Shown piece by piece: positions 9,370 through 20,212 of a stretch of 20,934 bases of DNA. Under the pieces are notes generated by a model that made no database searches, was not told the DNA's origin, and was given only the letters and a program-made list of their open reading frames with translations. Every line of letters begins with the position of its first letter. Within the stretch, counting starts at the first letter, position 1. The position numbers and the translations under genes are program-made. Source of the DNA: Octopus sinensis (taxonomy: Eukaryota); the NCBI RefSeq assembly GCF_006345805.1, contig NW_021823831.1:1-20934 (forward strand), read 5' to 3'.

Positions 9370-9627
9370 CTCATTATTTGATCTATTATAGTATAGTATA
9401 ATACGATATATAATATGCGTGATCTCTTGAGCACCACCAGCAAAAATATTTTTTCCTCTGTCTTCCCTTCTTGGGATCTTTCCTTCTCCTTGTTTCCGAC
9501 GAAGAGCTCCACTCGAAACGTTAAACCCTCCTTCCCTTCTTTCCTGAGCGTCAATAATACTTTATTGTTCCACGTCCTCGCGTTGCTGTTTTTTCTTTTT
9601 TTCTGTGTTTTCTTGTTTGGATTAACT
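9370..9627 (+). mobile_element. Probable Penelope-like terminal-repeat fragment; boundaries approximate
   Basis: Contains a minimal hammerhead-like motif with palindromic ACGT stem III, the architecture typical of Penelope pseudo-LTRs. No ORF present. Confidence 0.45.
9492..9526 (+). ncRNA. Degenerate minimal type I hammerhead (U4 replaced by C)
   Basis: GTTT-CCGACGA-A-GAG-CTCCA-CTC-GAA-ACGT-T-AAAC. Stem I GTTT/AAAC; stem II GAG/CTC. Confidence 0.55.
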
Positions 9628-9653
9628 ATATATATATATATATTATATATATA

Positions 9654-9686
<33 letters not shown>

Positions 9687-9722
9687 GATATATTATATAT
9701 ATACATACATACATACATACAT

Positions 9723-9779
<57 letters not shown>

Positions 9780-9805
9780 CATATATATGTATATAATATA
9801 CATCT
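9628..9805. repeat. Compound (TA)n/(CATA)n/(CA)n microsatellite
   Basis: Directly visible. Confidence 0.95.
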
Positions 9806-10182
9806 CACAGCTACGATATAAGGAACATTGGCATCTTTACAGACACTGATGTTGTAAATAGTCAGCATATTTATTAGAAATTAATTATTAGCGACGGAAG
9901 CACTAGTATTACCAAAAGGTATTAATATTGCTGATATTCTATATATCGTAGCAGTGAAATTTGACTGGCATACGCCGATGAGACGTCTCCCACTGATAAG
10001 TTCCAGTACAATGAAATTACGTGATATAGGAGCCTCGGTGCTTTTATGCACCGAGCGCCTAATGAGAGGATCTCTCAAGGCTAATAGCGCAGTATCCAGC
10101 ATTCTAACAAAGCATCCATGTTTAGTTGGATATAAAGATTATCTTTTGGTAATAATACTGCTACCATCACTAATATAATTCT

Positions 10183-10488
10183 TCCTTGGTCGAAAGACAC
10201 CCGTTGTTATGTCCTGTTATTATTATCAGTTTTATTGTATTTATTATTGTATTTATATTTGTGTAACTTTGTCCGTTTTCTCCGTCCTTGTTTTTGTATA
10301 CATTCGCTGCTTTCTTCCAAGGAACCTAATGCTCTTAGCTTAGTTTTTCCTCGGGGCTGGCCAGATGGGAGCAATCTCAAGAATGATCAGCCGAAATTGC
10401 GAGGATAATCTGGTGCTTGACTGAGGAAAGAAAATTTCGAATGACCCGTCCTTGTCTTATTTGTATCGTCTATCTGGATGTTTTGTTG
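10183..10488. repeat. Unclassified ~300 bp dispersed repeat, copy 2
   Basis: Matches 4409-4708. Confidence 0.85.
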
Positions 10489-10494
10489 ATGTAG

Positions 10495-10705
10495 TATAGC
10501 ATCAAGAGCAGTTATGAGAAAGCAAGAAAAGAAATCAACAGAACACTTCTTCCCGCAAGCCACCATTGTCAGCTAGATCACGTGCTGGTTTTAATAAGTC
10601 ATGCTCGCATCCATATTGCCTTTGGTGGCCTGAGGACTCACATGAGGAGTCACGAGGAGAAGTGAATGAATTGTAAACATTGGTGAATAGTAGTAATAGT
10701 AATGT
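10495..10705 (+). mobile_element. Probable 3'-terminal fragment of an RTE-like LINE
   Basis: Translates EKARKEINRTLLPASHHCQL..., then RSRAG(frameshift)LISHARIH and GGLRTHMRSHEEK*. This resembles the C-terminal GL-SH-R-H motif of RTE ORFs. A short (AGT/AAT) tail follows. Confidence 0.45.
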
Positions 10706-10805
10706 GAGTGTGTTGTTAATTGTCTATTTGGTTGGATTTTGTTTTTCTGTCTTCTCGCTGAACACCCATACATCGTCATCGGTAGGAAAATCCGTCATAT
10801 ATATA

Positions 10806-11002
10806 TTCTTTTACTCTTTTACTTGTCTCAGTCATTTGACTGCGGCCATGCTGGAGCACCGACTTTGGTCGAGCAAATCGTCCCAAGAACTTATTCTTTG
10901 TAAGCCTAGTACTTATTCTATCGTTCTCTATTGCCGAACTGCTAAGTCACGGGGACGTAAACATACCAGCATCGGTTGTCAAGCGATGTTGGTGGGACAA
11001 TA

Positions 11003-11039
<37 letters not shown>

Positions 11040-11211
11040 CATCTACACGACGGGCTTCTTTCAGTTTCCGTCTACCAAATCCACTCACAAGGCTTTGGTC
11101 AGCCCGAGGCTATAGTAGAAGACACTTGCCCAAGGTGCCACTCAGTGGGACTGAACCCGGAACCATGTGGTTGGTAAGCAAGCTACTTACCACACAGCCA
11201 CTCCTACGCCT
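10806..11211 (-). mobile_element. Full-length SINE family 2 (tRNA head, CORE-like segment, internal microsatellite, 3' tail)
   Basis: On the minus strand: A-box TGGCTGTGTGG, B-box GGTTCAGTCCC and CCTTGGGCAAGT (CORE-like). Internal (TA)n(TG)n at ~11002-11040. The tail matches 3373-3575. Confidence 0.85.
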
Positions 11212-11412
11212 ATATTTTGTATTTACTTTCTTGTTTACCTTCTCTCTATGTTGTATTTTCCCTCTATACACAGAATGCAACCATATACCTAAACCAGGAC
11301 CGCCTTCGTAGCATTATAGACCCTCCTCACCGGGAAAATCAAAATACTTGTTCTTATAGTAGGCATTTACTCCCAGCAAACCACTGTATAGATCATGATT
11401 AAGCCTCTTGGC

Positions 11413-12332
11413 CAGTGGTTCTCAATCAGGTTAGATCCATATGTTCCCGAGGGTCCGTATAAGATTGGGGGGGGGGCGTGCAACAAAATAGTAAATTGGG
11501 GAGCCACAATGGTATTTTAAGAACCTCTGACAAAATTTTGTTTTAGACATATGTATTGGTATGTATTGTAAGAATCAGCTAGTTTTCTGTTTCTAATATT
11601 TTACATAGTTCAACCTTTATAAGTTAATGTGTGAAAAACAAATTAGAAATTTTGAAAGAAGTTTCTATAAAACTATTGGCTTGTCCGGAAAGTTCGTGCC
11701 GATATTTAAAGGAAAGAAAAAGGTCAATAAATACTTGCCATTATATTTTTAATCAACCAAATATGAACCATTTTGTTGCACAATGCGCCTCTATCTTTCC
11801 TTTAACTTGAAAATACCCTCTTCCCAGAATTGAAGTGGTTTCATGGCAAAGAATTCATCAAGGTATCTTTTTACGTCATCCAAGGAATTGAAATTTTTAC
11901 CATTAAGACTATTCTACAGAGACCTGGATAAGTGGAAATCCGAAGGAGCAACACCTGGTGAATATGGAGGGTGGGGTAACACATTCCAGCCGAGCTGCAG
12001 CAATTTTTGTCTAGTTCCCAAAGCATCAAGTGCCGAAAATGAACTTTCTTATCTTCCATTTTAAAGGGTTATAGAATTAACACAGGTTATAGGAACATAA
12101 ACCTTCTTCCACGAAAAGATACCTTAAACTGTGCTCTAAATGGAGGTGTAGTCAAATCCTATTTTATGAACTCAACCATGTTCTAAAATAAGTCGAAAGG
12201 TAAGCTACTATAAATCGGCACGAACTTTCCGGACAACCCAATAGTTTTCCAACATTGAATGGCTATGGGGGTCCACCAGAATAATATAGTAATCAAAGGG
12301 GTCCATAGATAAAAAATGTTTAAGAACCCCTA
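11413..12332. mobile_element. hAT (Charlie-like) MITE, ~350 bp excluding the nested mariner
   Basis: Imperfect TIRs CAGTGGTTCTCAA / TTAAGAACCCCTA. Degenerate 8 bp TSD CTCTTGGC / TTCTAGGC (6/8). Confidence 0.6.
11676..12241 (-). mobile_element. Internally deleted mariner element with both TIRs and a TA TSD
   Basis: TIRs TTGGCTTGTCCGGAAAGTTCGTGCCGAT / ATCGGCACGAACTTTCCGGACAACCCAA, with TA on each side. The minus strand encodes HPPYSPGVAPSDFHL...RRIVQQNGSYLVD*, matching the YSPDLAPSD motif, with internal stops. Confidence 0.92.
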
Positions 12333-12724
12333 TTCTAGGCCCTTGTATTTATGTATATACACATACACATACACGTGTATGCTTATGCGCATATTTACAT
12401 GTACACGCACATTAATCATAGTTTCCCTCGTGTTTGTTATACTGTAAATATCTATTTCTCTGACCTGAATCTCTCTATCTTTCCATACACCTACCACCAC
12501 CGCACCACCCCTACACATATTTATAGCTACTTACATACAAGGTCATATATAATGAGTAATATATCTGCGTTTTCAAATAAAAATGATTTAAATTTATGAG
12601 TTCTTGTCTGTTGTTTTGTTGTTTTCTGCAAATAACGACGCAAATTGTGAAAAAAGTAACAAATTACGAATAGAAAATAAAAAAGCAAGCGCAAAACAAT
12701 AACAAAAACTATGTCTTTTCTTGA

Positions 12725-12915
12725 ATAATAATAATAATTAATGGTTTCAAATTTAGGCATAACGCCAGAAATTTTGAGGGGAGGGGCCATTGGGTAACAT
12801 TGATCTCAGTATTCAACTGGTATTTATTCTATGGATCCATCCAGAACGGATGAAAGGCGAAGTCGACTTTGGCTGTAATTGAACTTAGGACGTAACGAAT
12901 CGGAAGAAATCACGT
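12725..12915 (-). mobile_element. Degenerate SINE family 1-related copy with an (ATT)n tail
   Basis: GGATGAAAGGCGAAGTCGAC is the reverse complement of the conserved family 1 block; (AAT)n lies at the left end. Confidence 0.6.
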
Positions 12916-13137
12916 GAAGCAATATGAATTCGACAAGCTCGTCAACACTGCAATAAAAAAATTCATTATTTTTTTGTCTGCTCACTAAGTGTTATTTTCT
13001 ATTTGTTGCTATCTAGAAATCAAGACAAATGATTACTATACTTTTCAAACTTTGCTTTTGTGACCTGGACATCGATGTTTTAAAACTGACCTATTTTCCA
13101 TTACATTTCAGACAGATTCGGCGCTGACTTGCTGAAG

Positions 13138-13330
13138 CAGAAGTTTCTAGAACTTACTATAAGTTTCAAGAATTTTCTAGAAATTTCATGAACGTTTTAG
13201 AAGTTTCAAGAACTTTCTAGACGTTTTAAGAACTTTCTGTGAAACTTTCTATAAGTTTCAAGAACTTTCTATAATTTTTAAGAACTTTCTATAAGTTTTA
13301 AGAATTTTCGAGACGTTCTAGAACGTTCTG
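13138..13330. repeat. Degenerate ~20-21 bp tandem repeat (AAGAACTTTCTATAAGTTTC)
   Basis: About 9 visible units built from ~10 bp half-units. Confidence 0.8.
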
Positions 13331-13364
13331 GCAACATAGATGGTAGTATAAATACAATGATCAT

Positions 13365-13965
13365 AAGCTCAACAGTTCTGGCTAAGAAGGAATATATTCA
13401 CAGACACGTCAAAGTTGGGACCTACATACACTGGAAGCTACGCCAACACTATAGAATAACAAAAGAGAAAAGATGTTATAGGCACATGCCAGAAAAGGTC
13501 ACAGAAAATGAGAAAGCAACCATACTCTGGGATATACCAATACATACAGATAGAGAAATTAAGTTCAATAGGCCTGATATAGTTGTCAGAGGTCACAAGA
13601 TAAAAATTCTTTCTAATCGATGTATCAATACCAACAGATGACAATGTGTCTCTAAAAGAAACGGAGAAACTTTCAGAATACAAAGATCTGGAAATAGAGG
13701 TAACTCGAATGTGGAGTCTAAAAAACAGAAACAATTCCTATAATAGTAGGCGCATTAGGTATGATAAAAAAAAACATCCAGAGAAATACATAACAAAAAC
13801 ATCAGGACTTACAAGTATATATAACATACGGAAAATTGCAGTACTCGGGACCGCACATATTCTACGTAAAACACTTTCAAAACAGTGAAAATAAGAGCTC
13901 CACAACAAACCATAGCACATACCCAAAGCACACAGAGCTGTGATCGGTAGTGCAGGGAATCATAA
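13365..13965 (+). mobile_element. 5'-truncated, frameshifted R4/Dong-clade retrotransposon (RLE domain plus 3' UTR), second family
   Basis: EYIHRHVKVGTYIHW, ILWD, NRPDIVV, KLSEYKDLEIE and GTAHILRKTLS parallel the C-terminus of the element at 18784-19818 but are clearly diverged. Followed by (AAT)n. Confidence 0.85.
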
Positions 13966-13967
13966 TG

Positions 13968-14010
<43 letters not shown>

Positions 14011-14012
14011 TA

Positions 14013-14090
<78 letters not shown>

Positions 14091-14136
14091 TAATAATAAT
14101 AATAATGATGATGATGATGATGATATAATAATAATA

Positions 14137-14184
<48 letters not shown>

Positions 14185-14218
14185 TGATGATGATGATGAT
14201 GATGATGAGATGATGATG

Positions 14219-14261
<43 letters not shown>

Positions 14262-14467
14262 TAATGATGATGATGATGATGATGATGATAATAATAATAA
14301 TATAATAATAATAATAATATAATAATAATAATAATAACAATAATGATGATGATATGATGATGATGATGATGATGATAATAATAATAATAATAATATAATA
14401 ATAATAATAATAATAATATAATAATAATAATAATAATATAATAATAATAATAATGATGATGATGATG

Positions 14468-14505
<38 letters not shown>

Positions 14506-14526
14506 TAATAATAATAATAATAATAA
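13966..14526. repeat. ~560 bp compound (AAT)n/(GAT)n trinucleotide array
   Basis: Directly visible. Confidence 0.97.
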
Positions 14527-15080
14527 ATGCCCTGATGCAGTACCAGGCAGTGGCTCTCATGGCTTCTGATCTTAACTGATTGGAAGTGTTATCATGTACA
14601 TTGTTTTGTCTTGGTATAAAAGATGGGCTACAGCAAATATTCTGCTCAATACCACAGATTTGCTTGTCAGTTGTTTGGCCTTAACCAGTTGAGCATGTCC
14701 CTTAGTGGCTGACGATATGTGCATCTCTGATCACGAGCAGAAGTAGTGGGGGAGCATCATGGCCATGTTTGAGAGGGATTCTTTGGGGGTTGAATAATTC
14801 ACCTCTGGAAACATAGGTGTTTCGTTCAACATCCTAAAGCAACCTTATTCAGGGACCTTTTGAGCAGGATGGGCTACTCAACCTGAAGAAAATTCTAACT
14901 GGGCCCCACCTGCAAGGTCATGTGCTGTTTATCTTGATATGAGATCACCATGTCGCGCACATATGGTTGTGATGCATGTGCCTGGTGTACCTTTATCAGA
15001 CGGGTAGTCATGATGGGTATATTGGGCTTCGTATATTTTACCCCAGTGTCACTTTGATGGCATGAACTGCTCTCTCACTC
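14527..15080. mobile_element. ~553 bp ORF-less element flanked on both sides by (AAT)n
   Basis: Complex sequence with sharp boundaries to (AAT)n at 14526 and 15081. No long ORF, TIR or Pol III boxes seen. Mobility is inferred. Confidence 0.55.
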
Positions 15081-15103
15081 AATAATAATAATAATAATAA
15101 TAG

Positions 15104-15181
15104 AAGGCGGCTGGACGTGACAGAGGATGGACGTATTTTTACGATGCTCTGAACTGGCAACAGCGAACCCAGCAGTTTTCT
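15104..15181 (+). CDS. Candidate 78 nt phase 0-0 exon (KAAGRDRGWTYFYDALNWQQRTQQFS)
   Basis: AG at 15102-15103, consensus donor GTAAGT at 15182, open frame and a GC-richer island. The acceptor lacks a pyrimidine tract. Confidence 0.25.
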
Positions 15182-15869
15182 GTAAGTAATTTGAATTACC
15201 CTCAAAATAAGTAAAAAAAAAAACTTACATATCTACAGCTCATACAAACGTACACCTAACAAGAAAAATTAGAAACATAAATATCTCCAATTCTGTGTGA
15301 ACATTTACATTTAGTCGTCTCTCATGACTATAAGAATGTGTAAAATTGCCTTTTAAATTACCTTTTATTGTAACAACACAATTAAATGCACGATAAAAAG
15401 TTATGGAATTAAGCACCTACTACTATATACATACAACTGAATTCAGAAATTTAAAAATATATACATAACATTGAACTCAGAAAGTTATTTAAAAAAAAAA
15501 AAAAAAAAATCTTCGACGAAAACATCAGATAATATGTGTGAGTGAATATACATATATATACATATACATATGCATGTGGTGAAGAAGAAAGAGAACGGGA
15601 AAAAAAAAAAAAAATAAAATAAAATAAATAAATAAATAATAAATAAACGTAAACAGGTTTGACCTTTTACTGACCATTAACGTCCTTTGTCTCCACCATC
15701 TACCGTGGCTATTTATAGACCCAAAGAACATGAATTCTTTAACCACCCATTCTCCAACACAATGGAGTGTTGATGGTGGCTGTGGCTACACATTGAAGAT
15801 GATGATGGTGATGGTGATGTTGCTGATGATGGTGATGGTGGTGAAGATGATAGTAATAACAATAATAAC

Positions 15870-18800
15870 TGACAGATCCCGTCTTTTTCCCTTTCTTTTC
15901 GTTTCCTTCTCCGTATTTTATTCTCATTATTTCGAACTAATACAGACACAGTAAGCCTTGAAGAAAGGAAGAGGAGGAAAGGAGGAAAAAAAAAAAAAAA
16001 TGTCCGGAGATAAAACTATCAACAAAAAAAATACAGACGAATATAGATCTGCTAGTCTTAAGAAGCGGCGCTATGAGCAATGCTTACATGTAGTGAACCC
16101 TAAACTGACAGATCCATCTCCTAATATAAGAATGGATGCTCGTCATGCTTCAAGGTCAACAAATCAAACAATAAACCGCATTGGTCATTGCGCGGATTAC
16201 AAAAGACCACGTACCCGAAAATTGAACCAAATCCTGATTGAAAAATCAGTTACTGGATCAAATCTTCCCAACACACAGGAGCTGGACGAACCCCACAACC
16301 GGAATATTCCAACAGATGGCCATCCATGCTCATCACCAAATAATCAAAAGAAAAAGAAGGAAAAATGGTCTAGGGAAGATAATAAAGAAGTTCTCGAGGC
16401 CTTCTACCATGCCATATATTTCCCCACAGATAAGTCTAGCACTGTACAAGCATACTTAAACTGGAGACAGAAACACCCTGAAGTAAGACCCTACATAGAC
16501 AGTAACAAGCTTGCCAATGTTAGAAGAAACATTATAAAAAAGAAATTACTGACTGAAGTAGAGATTGATCAGGTTAGACAAGCAATATCGGATAAAATGA
16601 ACGAAGCTGCAGCTAGAGAAGATAATACAGAGGAAATGATTATAGACCAGCCCAGGGCGGATAAAAACGAAGAGAGGATTGAAAGAGTTAGTATAAGTGA
16701 TAGGCAAAGTGAAATACGCCCTGAACCAATCATAAACACTAAGACAGATGAGCATCAAATAGATAAAGAAAGTCACACAAATATTGACCCAACAGAACTA
16801 CATGAGCTAAAAAATCAAATCATGATTGAATGGCTGAAAATTAAAGAAACCAGCATGGATGAGCGTGATACACTTCCTAAAATCCGCAACTCTAACCAAA
16901 ACATGAAAATAATTGGTAAAATCCGGCTTGCACTTAAGGATATAATTTCAGTTAATGATGTTGATATCACAAACCTCAACCACCTATACTATGCATCCGC
17001 GAAAATCTCAACGATCCTATGTGGTGTAAAGATTAGAAAACGGCAACAGTCCCACAAAACCTTCTTGGCAAGAGCGTCTGCAACAACAAATTAAAGTATT
17101 TAGATCTGACATTGAATATTTGAAAAACCTTAAGGCTCACAAGACTACCAAACCTACAAAAACCCAAAAATTACTGAAAAAATACAATATGAAAACTATA
17201 CTTGATATTGATGCCACCATAGAAACCATCAAACAAAAGGTATCTGCCAAAGCTGCCCGCATAGCGAGGTATGAAAAGCGTGTTAGATTTTTCAAGGACA
17301 ACAACATGTTCAAAAATAACACCAAGAATTTTTACAGGAAGATAGGAAAAACAGCGTTTACTGCAGGGTCTGTACCATCAAAAGAAGAAGTGCAGAGATT
17401 TTGGAATAAAATCTGGGCAGAAGAAAAAACACACAACGAAAAGGCCCCCTGGATTGACAGAATATCTACAGAACTGGACCCCTTAGAAGAGCAAAAGTGG
17501 GAGGGTGTCAAGGTAGAAGATATAAGATCTGCTCTCAGGAGGTCAAGCAAATGGAAGTCTCCAGGAAAGGATAAAATTCCTAACTTCTGGCTGAATGCCT
17601 TCCCAGAGAGCCATGAACTGCTAACAGAACTGTACAATGATGTTTTGCAACACCCTAGTAGGATGCCTCCTTGGCTAGTTAATGGGTTAACATTCCTGCT
17701 TCCAAAAAGTGAAGAAACAAATGAACCAAAAAACTATAGACCCATAACCTGCTTAACAACTATGTACAAAACTCTAACATCTGTCCTGACGGAATATACC
17801 TATAGTTTTTTAACAGACAGCAGCATATTCCCTAATGAACAGAAAGGATGTAAACGTGGATCCTACGGCTGTAAAGACCAACTACTCATCAATAAGATGA
17901 TCTTAGAAGATTGTCACAAACGACACAAAAACTTATCAATAGCCTGGATAGACTATAAAAAGGCTTTTGATAGCCTACCACATAGCTGGATTAGGAAATG
18001 CCTTGAAATGTATAAGATAGCACCAACTCTGCGAAACTTCTTGACTGTAAGTATGAGATCATGGAGAACCACACTAACTCTGAACAGTGACAGTGAATCC
18101 CTAAATGCTGGTGATGTAAAAATTTCGTGTGGCATTTTCCAGGGTGACTCACTGTCACCACTCCTCTTTTGTTTATCCTTAATACCTCTCTCAAAGCTGC
18201 TCAATGACGCGCAGTACGGGTATAAAATGTTTGATAAAAATATAAATCATCTCGTTTACATGGATGATTTAAAGCTTTTTGCAAAAAATGATCAACAACT
18301 CAAGGGCTTACTAGCGATAGTCAAACAATTCAGTGACGACATCAGAATGCAATTCGGCCTCGATAAATGTGCAAAGGCTACCTTTATCAAAGGAAAAATG
18401 ACAGAAACATCTAACGTTAACCTTGACCAACAGAATGTCATAAAAGAACTAGACCCAGCGGAGAGCTACAAGTACCTAGGGGTAATTGAAGGGAACGGAA
18501 TAAGGCATTCAGAGATGAAGGAAAGGATCAGGAGAGAATGCTATCGAAGAGTGAGAGCAATACTCAAGACAGAGCTGAATGCAAGAAACAGGATCGAAGC
18601 AATCAATGCATTAGCTATACCAGTCGTGACTTACAGTTTCAATATTGTTAACTGGTCAATTACTGAAATATGTCAGCTCGACAGAAAAATAAGGAAACTG
18701 TTGACAATGCATAGAATGCACCACCCTAAGGCAGATACAGAACGACTCTATCTGCCAAGAAAAGAGGGGGAGGCCGTGGTCTTTTGCAACTGGCAATAAC

Positions 18801-20042
18801 AATGAAGATTGCTACAATTGGCCTAGACACCTACCTGAAAAACTCTGAGGACTGGATGTTAAAACTTGTCTCAAAACATGAAAACAAGAAAGCATCATAC
18901 TCAGTCACAAAACAGGCAAAGGAATATCTAAGTGAATTCCGAATACAACCAATTTCGGAATTAGAGATAGACATACAAGAAACAAGCACAGAAAAAGCTA
19001 GGCGCATGAAAACCCGTGCCAAAACTGCGGCCTTAGATATTCTGAATAATAAATGGCAAGAAAAACCTCTCTATGGCAAATACCCAAAGAGAGCGAATAA
19101 TGCAGATATCGACAAAGCCCTGACCCATCAATGGCTAATGGCCTCTGGCTTAAAATCTGAAACAGAGGGGTTTATCATAGCAGCTCAAGATCAATGCCTA
19201 CCAACAAGAAACTACCAGGCCAACATATTAAAGATCAGAAGCAGTCCAACGTGTCGTGTATGCAAGCAACAAAATGAAACCATTGACCATGTGGTCTCCA
19301 AGTGCAGTCTTCTAGCGCCTACAGAGTATCTCAACAGGCACGATAGAGCTGCACAATATATTCACTGGGTAATCTGTAAAAACCTGGATTTGCCCCATGA
19401 AAAAAACTGGTGGGAACACAAACCACCCCCAGTGCTTGAAAATGACCACATCTCACTCCTCTGGAACTTCACCATTCAAACTGACAGGAAGATAGATGCA
19501 AATAGGCCAGACATCATATTGAAAGACTTCAAACAAAGAACATGCCTCCTCATTGATATGACTGTCCCAATCGATATAAACGTATCTGTCAGGACCTACC
19601 AAAAACTGAGCAAATATAAAGATCTTGAAATAGAAATCAGCAAAATGTGGAAGCTGAAGACTAAAACAATACCTGTTGTCATAGGTGCCCTGGGAATGAT
19701 AGCAAAAGGGGCTGATAGCTACCTAACTCAGATACCAGGAAACCCAAAAATGGCAGAAGTTCAAAAGATAGTGCTCATGGGAACTGCTCATATCCTACGC
19801 AAAATACTCTCTATGTAACCTCAAGGTTTAAAACAACCATAATTTTCGGTTTAAAAAAAAAAAAAAAAAAAAAAAAACTTTTTTTTTTTTTTAGACATTC
19901 ATTAGTACAACATCCCCACCCCCCAAATATATGGCACACTAGGCATAACAACAACATGAACTTCCAACCCTGTTGTCTCTTGAGGTCTCTGGGTGAGACT
20001 TGGAGCCAACTTGTACAAATATAAAGCAAAAGTCAAACATAG
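15870..20042 (+). mobile_element. Near full-length R4/Dong-clade non-LTR retrotransposon (5' boundary uncertain, 15870-16120)
   Basis: A single long RT + CCHC + RLE reading frame, a 3' UTR at 19819-20042, then (AAT)6. Dong-type elements are known to target (TAA)n. Confidence 0.9.
15958..19818 (+). pseudogene. RT / CCHC zinc knuckle / restriction-like endonuclease polyprotein with two frameshifts (~17055 and ~18768)
   Basis: RT motifs KSPGKD, YRPITCL, WIDYKKAFDS, GIFQGDSLSPLLF, YMDD and YKYLG. CRVC-x8-H-x4-C knuckle, RHD, RPDII...D and K..KY.DL (PD-D/ExK). The ORFs 15958-17094, 17120-18799 and 18784-19818 join into one protein. Confidence 0.93.
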
Positions 20043-20212
20043 AATAATAATAATAATAATCCTTTCTACTATAGGCACAAGACCTGAAATGTAGTGGGAG
20101 GGGACTAATCGATGATATCAACCTCAGTGTTTCACTAGTACTTAATTTAATCGACCCCGAAAGGATGAAAGGCAAAGTCAACCTCGGCGAAATTTGAACT
20201 CAGAACGTAGCG
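20043..20212 (-). mobile_element. 5'-truncated SINE family 1 variant whose (ATT)n tail abuts the LINE 3' end
   Basis: The reverse complement reads CGCTACGTTCTGAGTTCAAAT...CCTATAGTAGAAAGG(ATT)6, the same tail as unit 877-1033. Confidence 0.85.

Noticed and set aside
9881-10178. Overlapping short ORFs and an 8 bp hairpin (CTCGGTGC/GCACCGAG, ~10034-10055)
   Set aside because: No recognisable motif or second copy; a hairpin of this size is plausible by chance.
15870-16140. HDV-like ribozyme at the 5' end of the LINE or of the 553 bp element
   Set aside because: Could not build the nested double pseudoknot by eye; a descriptor search (RNArobo or Infernal) would be decisive.
16238-19022. Short alternative-frame and antisense ORFs within the LINE
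   Set aside because: Shadows of the RT coding frame.
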